DNA from: Octopus sinensis
Lineage: Eukaryota
Assembly: GCF_006345805.1 (NCBI RefSeq)
Contig: NC_043008.1
Coordinates: 34,410,001-34,474,000, forward strand
Reading direction: 5' to 3'
DNA length: 64,000 nt
In this document: one piece after another, positions 12,729-25,834 of the stretch
Position numbering within the stretch: the first letter of the stretch is position 1
Layout: each line of letters opens with the position of its first letter
Program-made: the position numbers and the translations under genes
The notes under the pieces: model-generated
Seen by the model: the letters and a program-made list of their open reading frames with translations, nothing else
Databases searched by the model: none
What the model was told of the DNA's origin: nothing

Positions 12729-14201
12729 TTAATGATTCCACCAATTCACTGTCACAAAAAATGTTTAGAACTCCTGGTAAGGTAACTTTTCTGTAAAGTA
12801 GTGAACTGGTAGAATCATTAGAGTTTAATAAAGATGACAATGAACTACATATATTAAAAGAAACACTTAATTTTTTTTTTTCTTACATAGATCCAACACA
12901 TGAGGAACAGCTTGTGTACATGTTTTGTGTACAAACACTTGTATGCTGTATATATGGCCAAATTGTTAAGAAGTTCAGTTTAGAGCAATCATAAGATACT
13001 GTATTTGATCCTATTGTGCTGCACTTTCAGCAAGGTCTTCTACCATTGTCTCGGGTCAGTCCAAGCCTGAGTGAAAGTGGGAAGATACAAATCCTACCAC
13101 CTTAAAAGAAAAATAAAAGCAGGAAGGAGGGAATACAATGGATATTGTGGTCCTAAATAAAAAGGACTGTGATAGAGCTCAAGAAGAACAACTCAAAATA
13201 AAGAAGAACAACTGTAAAGCTTAAGACATTAGCTATGAAAAATTCTGCCAGAATTTCACATGGAAATCATATCACTGAATTAATGTTGCATTATTAACTT
13301 TTCATCTAACAATATACCACAATGGTTGCACAGCAGATTTTCTGGTAAATTTTAAAGACAGGAACATTAAACTGCCCTCAGCAACCTTTTCTTCTTCAAA
13401 ACTACAATTGTTGAATGTCTGATTTGTTGTACTGTACATGACATTTCTCATTTTTTTTCAATAGGTTTCTGTTTCAAACTATTTGCATCTCATTCTGTAT
13501 CATTGTAATCCAATACTACACAGCTTATATGTTTATGGCTGATTAATGCAAATTCATTAATGGCAGGGATAATGCTCATTTTATTTAAATGAGTTTTTAG
13601 AATTTGGTTTTTGATTTCTCCAAAAGTATTCATTTTCCACCTTCATTAATTTCTTTCACACATTTTCCTTTCATACTGATATAATAACGAACCGAAAAGG
13701 GAACTTCTACATAGTCATTCCATCTTTTTCACTCAAAATAGCAGCCAAACTTTCTTCAAATTACTCTCAACCGTTTTTAACAAAGCAAGATACACAGAAC
13801 AATGCAGAAATTGGTATACAACAAAAAAGACAGGATAGCCACAGGCAACTAAAACACCTTTGGTCATAGGCCTGCTTGTTTAGGGACCGAGGGTTAAACA
13901 ACCAATATTGTATTTCAATATTGCAAAGAGAGCTGGTGCTTAAAGAAGAGTGATGACTTACAAGGTTTATACCATTAAGTTTGCTATCTCATATTTCTAA
14001 TATCAAATACTGCTAAGATTGATGTTTTGGATTAACTATAATAGATCAAAACAAAAAGATGCAAAGATGAATGCAGTTTCAAATTTTTCACTTCAGCCAT
14101 TCATTTATCCTCAATATACATTCTCTCAGCTCACATGACATTTTCAAATGACCTCACACAAAACTGTTTCAGAGTACTCTAAAAACTTTTTGCTTGCAGA
14201 C

Positions 14202-14271
14202 CTACAATTTGTGGACTAGAATTTCAGGATATCCATCAAAAGATTTTGGATAAAACTGGTTCTCGATCTGC
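14202..14271 (-). CDS. Candidate terminal coding exon
   Basis: Acceptor attatacag; phase-compatible with the 16546 exon; reads QIENQFYPKSFDGYPEILVHKL*. Confidence 0.25.
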
Positions 14272-14372
14272 CTGTATAATATGTAAATTACTGTTTCTTT
14301 TCTTGTTCTGTTTTTTTGAAAGTTTTACACACATTTATATATATATATATAGTTTGAAGTGGTGTACAGATT

Positions 14373-14404
<32 letters not shown>

Positions 14405-14423
14405 ATCAGTTAAATGCACATGC

Positions 14424-14455
<32 letters not shown>

Positions 14456-16545
14456 GAATTGGCAAATGAACAAACATATTCGTGTGTGTGTTTATGTCCC
14501 CATAACTTAGTGGTTCAGCAAAAAGGGCCAATAAAACAAGTACCAGGCTTAAAAAGATACTGAGCTTGGTTCATTCGACTAATGACTTCTTCAAGGCAAG
14601 TGACTGAAACAAGTACAAGATAAACAATACATGCATGTATGCATGTGTGTGTGCGTACATACATACATACATATATATGTATACACGCACACATAATACA
14701 CACATATCACTATTTTCACTCATGTGAAAAGACTTGCAGAATTTAATGAAAAATTATTTAACAATTCAGTCAAGATCGCAACAGCATTTAGCATCATTAA
14801 GTTAACTCTTTTTAGGGAGTTAGTAATTCTCTAAGCATTCTATTATTCTATTGGACAACCTTCAAAGAGTACTTTATGGGGTGATGGAAGATCTCAGTCA
14901 GGCTGATAAGCAAGCATATAATCTGCTTTCTATGCTGGCAGGGTTGGACTGTTTGACAGGAGCTGATAAGGCCAGGAGCTGCACCAGGCTCCATTGTCTG
15001 TTTTGGCATGTTTTTTTTTTTATGGCTGGATGCCCTTCCTAATATCAACCACTTTATTGAGTGTATTGGGTGCTTTTTACATAACACTGGCACCAGTGCT
15101 TTTTATGCAACGCCAGCACCAGTGTTTTTTATGTTGCATCAGCACCAGTGCATTTTAAGTAACTTACAAGACAAAAATCCCTTCAACTGGGAGGAAGGAT
15201 TAGTAGTGTGCGGGGGAGGAGGGGATTTGTGCCAGTTTATAAAAGGGACAGTAATAGGTGTCATGCTGTAGAGTAGATACATCATAACTCCAGCTGTAAA
15301 AGAAGGGAGGGTAAGTTAGAGTAAAAGAAAGAGACCAATAATGAGAGAGATGGTGGCAAAGATGTCAGGATATACCATCAGGAGTCATTGGGGTGGTGAG
15401 AATAGGTGGGGATGATACACAGATGTAACCGATGGAGTTAAATATGAGAGTCTTGGTGGAGGGGGCAGATGTTGCGACAGGTGAGAGAAAGTACATAAGT
15501 GAGGTGTTAATGATGGAGAACAATACAGAGGAGAGAAAGCACAGAAAGGAGGTGATTGTGGATATATATATATATATATATACACAAACACACATATATA
15601 TACACAAACACACATATATATACACACACATATATATATGCAGATATACATATATGCACATACATATACAGACGCACATATACATATACACATGCACACC
15701 CACACATACATACACATATATATTCAAAAGTAACAAGTATAATTCAAGATAAAGATCAGATGCACTACCACATTGGATATTTCAGTTATACTACTGTCCC
15801 TGCTGCCAAAAACTGTGTTTAGTATTAGAGACAGTAAAAATCTCCCAGTCAGTTTCCACATTTGTTAACTTATGATCATTCTCATGTGAAAAGACTTAAA
15901 GAATTTAATAAAAAGTTATTTAACAATTCAGTCAAGATCACAACAGCATTTAGCATCATTAAGTTAACTCTTTTTAGGGAGTTAGCAATTCTCTAAGCAT
16001 TCTATTATTCTATTGGACAATCTTCAAAGAGTACTTTATGGGGTGATGGAAGATCTCAGTCAGGCTGATAAGCATGCATATAATCTGTTGGTTTTCTTAG
16101 GTACTGCCTCTGTTCTAGGTCTTATGTGTTCTGAGTTGATTAACAGAATTTTTGGATCTCCTGCATACATGATTTGATAGATTTTTTTAACTAAAATCAC
16201 TAATAACTTAGAAACTATATCACTGAGATTAGTTATTCAGGAGTATCATTTGCAAGAAAACAATAGTTAAGTTAGTGTTCACACATTTAATAAAATGAGT
16301 ATCAAAAATCTCATCAGAAATTCCTACTCAGTGGGAGGAGGAAGCAACATTAACTTAATGATTACATTAGTCATTGAGTTAATGTTTTCCTCACCACAAA
16401 CATTTCTAGTAATATTTTTGATGTTCCCTTGACTAAATAATTAACCAGCCTTTGGTTAATTCTCTCAGTTTTTCTTCAACTAATTACCAAAAATATTTAC
16501 TACATCAAAATATAATACTGATCACAGAAGAGATTTAACTCTTAC

Positions 16546-16618
16546 CTGATTATATATCTAATGAATAGACGGTCTACTTCTTTCAATAAATATTTCAATA
16601 TAATCAACATTTTGAAGG
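16546..16618 (-). CDS. Candidate internal exon (73 nt)
   Basis: Acceptor tttttctaaag and strong donor cag|gtaaga. One frame is fully open (FKMLIILKYLLKEVDRLFIRYII). Confidence 0.3.
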
Positions 16619-17568
16619 CTTTAGAAAAATATAACTATACACTGGTGATATATACAATGCAGGACCAATTATCTGACAAGCTTGGGACTAGGAGCATCCA
16701 AGACTTCTGGATCTCCTGGTTTTCTGGAGACAGTCTAAATATATACTTAAAATATAAAACAGACTCTGAAAAGTAAAGAACCAAATTGTATTTAAAAGAT
16801 TCCAAATAATACACTTCTACAGCAGGGTCTGATATTTACTAATCAACTTAAAATTCTTAAGACATAACATACTGTATCATTTATACATTCTAATGTTTAT
16901 AGAGTGCAAATTTAACAGATATGGGAACAAATTACCACACTTCTAAAGCAGATTATGCTTAATCTTTGCCAATCCACTTTAAAAAAATAAAGAACAAGAC
17001 TATTTTTAACACACCATAAATAAATCAACCACCTACAAAAACAGGGCTTGTTTATTCAAAACAGGGTACAGTATACTGCATGGTATTACACGGTATTCCT
17101 GGATTTTTAGGAGTCATATAAAAGGTCCACTACTGTATTATGTTGGTGTTAACCAAATGAAATCTTATACTAGGTTATATGAGTTTCTGATAAAAATTTT
17201 AATTTAAATACAAGCACTTTAGTATGTGAGGACATCAGACAGATTGGTACCAAAATAGTTTAAAATAAGCAAATGACAACTGAGAAGAGACGTATAAATC
17301 TGTGTACAAATACTTATGCTCTTATAACTACTGTCTTCCTATGAAAGCATGATGCATGTAATTTTAGATAGAGGAAATTAATAGAAAGTTTTAAGATTTA
17401 TGCTTTTCCTAAGGGTATTAGCAACATAAGTGAATAAACTCCCAACTCAGATTCCAATTTCAATTTGCCAAGAATTTAGCATTGCATTAGAGAACCTGCC
17501 ACCAGCTACAGAAATATTGATAACTATAGTGACAAGAATACAGAGAATGATACAATGATAAAATATAC

Positions 17569-17684
17569 TTCATTTTCCTCAACTGAATAATCAGAAAATC
17601 TTAATCCCAACTGATTCAAAACATATGAAGCACATGAACAACTTAAAAACAGAATTGATAAAGCAATGAAAATAGCAACTGTTG
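17569..17684 (-). CDS. Candidate exon encoding a signal-peptide-like stretch
   Basis: STVAIFIALSILFLSCSCASYVLNQLGLRFSDYSVEENE, phase-compatible with the 22757 exon. Acceptor acttgatacag; weak donor gtatat. Confidence 0.3.
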
Positions 17685-18324
17685 CTGTATCAAGTATTAA
17701 CTTATGATTTTTTTTTTTTACATTTATCAATTTATCTTCTTACACATTTTATAGAATCTTCTACTGGTTTCAGTCATTGGATTGTGGCCATGTTGGGGCA
17801 CCAACAACAGTACTCAATGAGGTCTGGTAGTTATTTTATCAATTGCTATTTGTCCATCCACTAAATTATAAGACATAAAGAGACACAGCAAGAAAATAAA
17901 TACACACAGACACACATTATTGTGTAGTTAAAAAGCTTGCTTGCCAACCATATGGTCTTGGGTTCAGTCCCACTGTGCAACACCTTGGACAAGTGCCTTC
18001 TACAATAGAAGCCAAAGCCTTGTGAGTAGATTCGGTAGACAGAGACTGAAAGAAGCCCATCATGTGTATGTACACATACATCCATATATATATATGTATG
18101 CGTGTGTTTTTCTCTCATATCACATCTTCACATCATGCATTAGTTGTAAAATAATTGTCACTGCTATACAAGCAGTATCGTTCACTTCCATTATTCTGCA
18201 AGAACATGTCTTGCCATGGGAAAATATTACTTTACTTGGAAACAGATGGGGGTTGGTAACAGGAAGAGCAGCATGGAAAAGTGGACATTAAAATGATGAT
18301 AACCATTACGGTGATTATATATAT

Positions 18325-18475
18325 TTATAGGTGGCTGTGTGGTAAGAAGCTTGCTTCCCAACGACATGGTTCCAGGTTCAGATGCACTGTGTGGAACTTT
18401 GAGCATCTTCTAATATAGCCTCAGACTGACCAAAGCCTTGTGGGTGGATTTGGTAGATGGAAACTGAAAGAAGCT

Positions 18476-18516
<41 letters not shown>

Positions 18517-18904
18517 CGTGTGTCTTTGTGTCTGTGTTTGTACACCCACCATCGCTTAACACCTGATGTTAGTGTGTTTATGTCTCCATAGCAGTTCAGC
18601 AAAAGAGGCCGATACAATAAGTACTAGGCTTACAAAGAATAAGTCCTGGGGTTGATTTCTTTGACTAAAAAAACCATTTAAGGCAGTGCTCCAGTACGGC
18701 CACAGTCAAATGACTGAAACAAGTAAAAGAATGATATATATATAGGCTGTGTGGTAAGTAGCTTGCTACCGAATCACATGTCTCCGGGTTCAGTCCCACT
18801 GCGTGGCACCTTGGACAAGTGTCTTCTACTATAGCCTCGGGCCAACCAAAGCCTTGTGAGTGAATTTAGTAGACACAAACTGAAAGAAGCCCGTTGTATA
18901 TATG

Positions 18905-18937
<33 letters not shown>

Positions 18938-19154
18938 GTGTGTGTGTGTATATTTTTGTGTGTCTGTGTTTGTCTCCTAACACTGCTTGACAACCGATGC
19001 TGGTGTATTTACGTCCCCATAACTTAGCGGTTCGGCAAAAGAGACCAACAGAATAAGTACTAGGCTTACAAAGAATAAGTCCTGGGGTTGATTTGCTCGA
19101 ATAAAGGCGGTGCTCCAGCATGGCCACAGTCAAATGACTGAAACAAGTAAAAGA
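18325..19154 (+). mobile_element. Two head-to-tail SINE family A copies
   Basis: Copies at ~18325-18730 and 18742-19154, separated only by a short TA run. Confidence 0.85.
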
Positions 19155-20142
19155 GTATATATATATGAATATCAATGTTTCACAAATGGACACATGTATA
19201 ACTGTCTGGTTAAGAATTCACTTTTGCAACCATGCACAAACTATCTTGACAGTTTGTATATAAACATGAGTGGATTGTTTTGAATTATTCATTCATCTAG
19301 TGATGTAGATTTTACATTAAGTGTAAGGCAGTATTATGAGAAAGTAAAACTAAATTCAACTGCTCAAGCTAGTTTCTAGTTCATAAAATTCAGCTTTGCT
19401 TCTTACTTACTATGTGGAGTTCAGTTGTTTCTTACTTCGTGGAGCTCAGTTTGCAGAGAGGCCATTTGTATTCTGAAATGTGTTTCATAGCATCTAATAA
19501 TGGCTATGAATAGCTAATGAAATCCAATTGGTTAAACAGCCAGCTGTCTTCGCAACAATTTCCTCTGGCTTCCTGTCCTGCTTGCCTAATGTCATTTATC
19601 ACTTAACAGATCTTTATATGAGCTTTGTATTGTCTTTATACACACATACATACCAGATTTTATATTAACTGTAACCATCAGTCTGAAAATAATCCATTGC
19701 ATTTTGACTATTTATTAACCATTCATTTTTTTATTTTTTTCTCTAGTATCAAATTACATCCACATTAAAGTCTTTTGTCATACAGCTTTCACCTGGTCAC
19801 ATATTTTTCTCCATTCTGTCGACTTGAATTCAGTAAATGGTTGGGTTTTATAAAGCAGGCTACTTTCTTTCATCTCTACTTTAATTTTTTTTTCTTTTTC
19901 TTCTTTTTTCAGCAAATAATGTGAATACAGTCATTGTCAGAGAGGAATAAGTAGATAGGTATGTCTCTCTTTGGTTGTTGTCTAGTGTTGTCAGAATAAT
20001 GTTATAAAATTTAGTGAGGTCAAAAAATGCAAAGAAAACTGACCTGCTTGTCATAACCTACTCTGTCACAAGTTGATGATTTTTCATGTCATTTGAGCTG
20101 ATGCTAATATAAAACTATTATAAAAAATAAAAAAAGTATTAA

Positions 20143-20348
20143 ACTCTTTAGCATTGAGCGCATTCTGTCGAATGTATTGCTTTTTATTCACATTGTTTTG
20201 AATTAATCATGCTTTATCACATAAGTTCAAGATTTCGATGATGTGATTGCTTATTTTTAGAATGACATTGTAAAGTATGTGCGAGAAGCCAGATTTGACC
20301 AGATTGAACATAAAACAGGGAGAATATGCTGGTTTAAATGCTAAAGGC
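20143..20348 (+). mobile_element. piggyBac-type MITE, same family
   Basis: TTAA flanks; internal sequence matches 30829-31036. Confidence 0.72.
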
Positions 20349-20399
20349 TTAAAGCCTATCAAATAGTGTGGTGGCCTGCCCAAAATATATTTTCTAATA

Positions 20400-22150
20400 G
20401 ATATCCTACACAGAAAAGGTGGAATGCTGCAAAAATATATTTAAAAAAATATTTTAGACAATGAGAATGGTAGTTAAAATGTGTGATGAATGGTTGTATG
20501 AGGATGGAATCCCCTGCTTTGGTCTTCCTGTTTAGCTTTAGAGAGACATGCAAAACTTGTGCACTCCTCTTGTGGCGGATATCAATCATAATATGCAAGA
20601 GACTGAGAACATCCCTAGCTGTGTTAGCTGGGGAGCAGTGGTGTTGGAGCAGAACTTGAAACATGAGGGGCATCACAGACAATATCCGGTCTACAACTTT
20701 ACAGAAAGCAAAATTTAATATATTTGTTATAATACTCAGAAGTGGTTGACACTTGTTCCAAGCATCTAGACTTATATGATTCCTGCCAGATCTATACACA
20801 ACCTCAAGCTCATGTGATACATCAAAGACAAGGTGGGAAATAAACCTGACTTTGGTGGAGTTCTGTGAATTCAACACATTCAACGGGGTTGACCATCAGT
20901 ACTTGTTGGTGGTCAGCACAGCTGGTTTCACAGGTTGGGTTAGATGCTTGATGATCAGACTATATAGCTACATATCAGAACTGTTTTGTATCACATTTTT
21001 GGTCTCAAATATGTCCCTCTCACATTTCTCCAGTACATTTTGGTCCTTAAGCCATTACTATAGAAACTTAGAAGTTTCAAAGCATCCCATGCAAAATGAA
21101 ACACAGGAAATCTGTGTTGCCTACAACATTGTGGTGTCAAATGCCAATGAAATATATGTGATCTGCACTATAGTAAAGAAATATGAGGTGGTAACAAGTA
21201 TGAATAAAACAGAAAGAAACAAGTCTTTTGCTTGTTCACGAATTGTGGAAAGGATGCATGCCACTGGTCAGAAGATTCATCTACTGCTAATCCTCTCTGT
21301 TAATAGACTCACTATGCCATGGCTGATGTTAAGCTGAGGGGGTAATATCTGTAGAAATTCTTGGATGGTGAGAAGGTGAGACCAGCCTTTGTGAAACATG
21401 CTATGCAATAGCTTCTCTCTTTGACAGAGCTGCTATTCTGGGTCAAGTAGAGATAGAGATTGGAAATTTAGCATCTAAAATCTGGTCAAGTACTCACAGT
21501 TCTCTGCAAGTTGAGTAACAAGGCCAGTAGTACATCAACCCTTGCAATCTATACAGGATTAGTAGTGGGCAAGAGCAACAATGTTCTCAGTGAAATTTTT
21601 GGCATCAACAAAAATTAACTCAACAGCTCATTTAGAGAACTTTCAACCTGGGGACTATGGGAAACTTTCAGAAACTCCTAGCCTGGCAGTACTACTGGAG
21701 GCATTGTGGGGTTGACATAAACTCTACAGCAGGCACAGTAGTGCAATCTACTGGGCTTGTCTGAAGTGCATACAAGTGACAAACCATCTTACATACACTC
21801 ATCATTGTCTAAGAAGCATTGACAGGTAGAGTTACATCAAATGGTTGTAGGAAATCCCAGATATCAGTCAAATCCATCATGATCTATTAGTCAAGTCCAT
21901 TATAATTTATTAGTCAAGACTCTTACTGTAGCATTCCTTTGGCAAAAAGGTTAGTCAGTTTTCTTCTGTCTGGTGACTACAGCAAAAAGTGATTGTATAG
22001 TAGATAAGATTGATAGGTCTGAAGGCAGACACTTTCCTCTTCAGTCAAATCCTCATCAACTTTATTAATTTCCATTCGAAGAGGGAGGTGAGGGCAAAAT
22101 GGGAGATGCTGCACTTCAGTAAACTAGCTAAAAGGTAAGTGAAACTGATC
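20400..22150 (-). mobile_element. Highly decayed Gypsy-like LTR retrotransposon pol relic (RT and integrase remnants)
   Basis: Frame-broken motifs CFTKAGLTFSPSKNF and ISHGIV (RT), YWRNVR..K..LIC (integrase zinc region) and HCSPANTARDV (resembles YHPQANGxAER). No LTRs found. Confidence 0.45.
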
Positions 22151-22756
22151 CACATGAGTGATCTACGTGGATGAACCTACCCTTAGCATGTGAACTGGAG
22201 GCCACAGAACATCTGGGAAAGGAACTTCACCATTGGTAGTATGGTAGTGCTGAATCTGTGGCACTATTTGTTTGGTTTAGATTGCTGTCCCCTACTGGTA
22301 AATCTCATTTCATTCATTTTTGTATGCTGTTGTTTCCCATAACTGGTTTGCATTTATTTCTTTACACAATTCTTACACTCTTCTGTAATTTGTGTATATA
22401 ACCATACCCTCATATATTGCCCTTTTGGCAAATAAAATTATCATCATTATCATTAAGGTGAAGGAAGAGCTGGTAGAATTGTTAGCAAGCTAGGCAAAAT
22501 AATTTAGAGCATTTCATCCTAAATTCTGCCCAGGTCGACTTACGTCTTTCAGGGTCATTAAGATAAGAACCAGCTGAGCATAACTCCTGGCCTTGTGCCA
22601 AAATCTGAATCCATTATTATTTATTATTAAGATCATTTAAAAAAAAAAAAAAGAAAAATTAAATTAAATTTCAGTTAATGTTGTTTTGAACTTACATTTT
22701 TGATAAGCTGATATTCTTTCTTAAAAGTAAGAAGTAATAACACTATAGATACTTAC

Positions 22757-22805
22757 ATTTTTCAGTCATGGATGATGGTCACATATTAGGATATTAAGAG
22801 AGATA
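22757..22805 (-). CDS. Candidate exon containing a start codon (ATG ACT GAA AAA T, MTEK)
   Basis: Acceptor ttgtcatttag and donor gtaagt. All three frames are closed upstream of the ATG at 22769. Splice-site reading only. Confidence 0.3.
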
Positions 22806-23994
22806 CTAAATGACAAGATAATATTTAGAGAGAGAGAGAGTGGGGTAGCAAGAGAGGAAGAGAGAAGGACAGAGACAGACAGAAATCAATACTAAATCAA
22901 TTTCTTTTTCTCTAGAAAGAATTTCTATTTGCTAATGGTATTAAATAGTATGCTTTAAAGATATTTAGGAAAAATGCCAGAAGTTCCATCCTTTCTACTC
23001 ACCATCATCATCATTAATTTTATTATTACTATCATTAAAAAATAAAGAAATCATTATTATTATGGTTGTTTACTATTATATTTTTTTTATTGTTTACACA
23101 TCTTCAAAAGATTTGTTGATGTTTTTAGATTTGTTTAAGGTCAAATTTAAAACAATTTTTTTCTTTCTTTCATCTTACTGAAAATTGCATTTATTTTTTA
23201 TTATTATTATTTTCTTTTTCCATGTGCAAAATATTTGTTGAGCTTAACAATGACATTTGAGGTGTTGGTAATCTAATAATCAGTGATGTAATATTGATTT
23301 CTAACAGAGATAACAAAACCAAAATATGTTGGGGGAGAATTATAGTCGATTATATCAATCCCAGTAGTCAAGAGGTTCTTTGTTTTATCAACACCAAGAA
23401 GGACAAAATACAAAGTCAACTCCAACTAGATTTGAATTCAAAACAGAGAAGCGAGATGTTAACTACCATGTGGTATTTTTTCAGTCCAACATTTCAATCA
23501 GTTGTCTGCCCTTATGATGTAATGTAGAAATCAAGAAAATTTGTCATTCGACTTATCGCTTTTAATACAAACCTACCAGGAGCTGGTCATGATAGTCATC
23601 ATCATCATTGTTTAACATCCGCTTTCCAAGCTAGCATGGGTTGGACGATTTTGACTGAGGGCTGGCGAACCAGACGGCCACACCAGGCTCCAATCTTGAT
23701 CTGGCAGAGTTTCTACTGCTGGATGCCCTTCCTAATGCCAACCACTCCAAGAGTGTAGTGGGTGCTTTTTACATGCCACCGGCACGAGGCCAGTCAGGCG
23801 GTACTGGCAATGACCTCACTCGAATCTTTAGTGTTTGTATTTAAATTGAAATTTCAACCTAAATTTCATTTAACTCGAATGAGAGTACAATATCAATAAT
23901 ATGAATCTCTATGCAGTTGCATGACCTGCAAGGTAGCAGCAAGACCTCATTCAAACTACACCTTACCATCTTATAAAATTAAAACACTAAATAG

Positions 23995-25743
23995 CAAGCA
24001 CAGCTATACAAAATCGCGGCAAATGCCAGTAGCAATCCAAAAACCTTCTTTGCCCATGTCCTGCGGAATTCCCGCTTGAACAACCAGATTGCAACGTTGG
24101 TAGACTCAACAGGCGTATCGATTGAGGACCCTTATCAACAGAGTCAATTATTTGCCGAGGCTTTTTCAACTATTTTCAAACAAGATGATGGTCGTGAACC
24201 CCCTCCATTTGATAGATCGGTACCTCCAATGCTTCGATTGGTCATCACGCGGGACGAAGTCAAACGTGTTATTCAAGGCCTCGATGTCAACAAGGGTCAC
24301 GGCCCTGACGGCATACACCCACGGGTTATCAAAGCGTTGGCTCCGGTCATCTGCGAGCCCTTAACACGACTATTCAATATGTCATTGGTGACGGGTGTTA
24401 TACCTGCAGACTGGAGAACAGCGATAATCTGCCCAATTTTCAAGAAAGGGAGCCGCGAAGACCCGCTTAACTACCGACCGGTTTCCCTTACATCAATAAT
24501 CAGCAAGATGTTCGAAACCATCCTTAAGAAAAGTATGATGCTCCACCTCCTAAACACAGCCTCTATCTCTGATTCCCAACACGGCTTCGTGCCGAAGAGA
24601 TCATGCTTGACCAACTTACTAGTAATGGAAGAATTGGTGATGCGCATCCTCGATGATAGTGATGCTGTTGACATCATTTTATTGGACTTTGCCAAAGCTT
24701 TTGACTCGGTAAACCACCGCCTATTACTTGTCAAGCTTCAAGCATATAGTTTCCATCCGGATATTATACGATGGGTTGGTGCCTTCCTCTCAGATCACTC
24801 CTTCCAAGTCCAAGTTAATGGTTCGCGGTCCGACGTCTCCAGTGCGAGCAGTGGCGTGCCTCAAGGTTCAGTGCTTGGGCCCTTGTTGTTCTTAGTCTTC
24901 ATAAATGACTTGCCCGACGACCTCACGCAACACACCCTTCTATTTGCCGACGATATCAAACTGGTCGCTCCTCGCGGTAATATAGAGGATCTTCGTCAAT
25001 GCCTCCACAGAATTTGGAAGTGGTCTAACGATTGGGACCTGTGTCTGAACGTGTCAAAGTGCTGTCATCTGCCTGTCGGCTCTACTCCTGCAACTCAACT
25101 TGATTTCGAGCTGGGTCGTCTGCTGCTGGAGAGGACCGATCAGGTAAAGGACCTGGGTATCTTGGTGGATTCCTCCTTTTCGCCTTCGGCCCAGTGCGTC
25201 CATGCTGCCAACAAAGCACGCGGAATTCTGTTCTTGATTCGACGGTCATTCGGAATGCTCACAGCAGCCATATTCCTACCACTCTATGTCACGCTGGTGA
25301 GACCCATATTGGAGTATGGGATTCAAGCCTCTTCTCCTTATCTCCTCAAAGACATACAGCATCTCGAAAGAGTCCAGAAGCTGGCTACCCGCATGGTTCA
25401 TGGTCTCAAAAATTTGTCCTACGAAGAAAGGCTGAGGACGCTCGACCTTTATTCTCTTGAAAAACGCCGCCGCCGTGGTGATCTCATTCTCGCCCACAAC
25501 ATCATAAGCGGAAAGTGTAACCTCTCGAAAGAGCTGTTCTTCACTCCTGCTCCAGAGCGTCGGCTGCGGGGTCATTCCGAAAAGCTCTACCTGCGACGAT
25601 TTCATCTCAATCGAAGGAGAGGAGCTTTCTCCATCCGGGTTGCGGATCCGTGGAACAAGCTGCCAGACGAGATGGTGAAGATGCCGACGACCGCTTTGTT
25701 CAAAGCCTCCCTGGACCTCAAGTGGCCTGAACTCTTTACATGA
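23995..25743 (+). CDS. LINE reverse transcriptase (ORF2 C-terminal part, truncated)
   Basis: 555-aa track ORF. The frame stays open upstream to TAG at 23992-23994, adding KIAANASSNPKTFFAHV (CR1-type NPKxFF). Motifs: YRPVSLTS, QHGF, LDFAKAFDSV, GVPQGSVLGPLLF, FADD, KDLGI, RRRRGDLI, LRGH, WNKLP. Confidence 0.93.
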   Translation, partial: QAQLYKIAANASSNPKTFFAHVLRNSRLNNQIATLVDSTGVSIEDPYQQSQLFAEAFSTIFKQDDGREPPPFDRSVPPMLRLVITRDEVKRVIQGLDVNKGHGPDGIHPRVIKALAPVICEPLTRLFNMSLVTGVIPADWRTAIICPIFKKGSREDPLNYRPVSLTSIISKMFETILKKSMMLHLLNTASISDSQHGFVPKRSCLTNLLVMEELVMRILDDSDAVDIILLDFAKAFDSVNHRLLLVKLQAYSFHPDIIRWVGAFLSDHSFQVQVNGSRSDVSSASSGVPQGSVLGPLLFLVFINDLPDDLTQHTLLFADDIKLVAPRGNIEDLRQCLHRIWKWSNDWDLCLNVSKCCHLPVGSTPATQLDFELGRLLLERTDQVKDLGILVDSSFSPSAQCVHAANKARGILFLIRRSFGMLTAAIFLPLYVTLVRPILEYGIQASSPYLLKDIQHLERVQKLATRMVHGLKNLSYEERLRTLDLYSLEKRRRRGDLILAHNIISGKCNLSKELFFTPAPERRLRGHSEKLYLRRFHLNRRRGAFSIRVADPWNKLPDEMVKMPTTALFKASLDLKWPELFT

Positions 25744-25831
25744 ACACCACCCTGTACTTAACTCCATGACCCCCTACATGGCCTTGCTATTTGCTTTTGA
25801 GCCAAATTAACTAACTAACTAACTAACTAAC
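24004..25831 (+). mobile_element. 5'-truncated CR1/L2-superclade non-LTR retrotransposon (LINE), young copy
   Basis: Uninterrupted RT ORF, ~60-bp 3' UTR, then (TAAC)6 tail at 25808-25831. Much higher GC and CpG content than the flanks. No endonuclease domain present, consistent with 5' truncation. Confidence 0.92.
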
Positions 25832-25834
25832 TAT

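Noticed and set aside
15365-15822. Cluster of 66-123 aa ORFs rich in YI, CV and HT
   Set aside because: Translations of dinucleotide microsatellites; the same applies to similar ORFs throughout the track.
9451-16752. ~70-bp inverted match between 9451-9522 and 16681-16752
   Set aside because: Only moderate identity, and both lie in what look like copies of a pogo/Tigger-type MITE; treated as family members rather than a local copy event.
20359-21337. 174-aa and 161-aa ORFs as host genes
   Set aside because: They lie within the Gypsy-like relic (sense remnant and antisense frame) and lack coherent gene structure.
24122-25767. Overlapping ORFs of 80-163 aa within the LINE
   Set aside because: Alternative-frame by-products of a GC-rich RT ORF.
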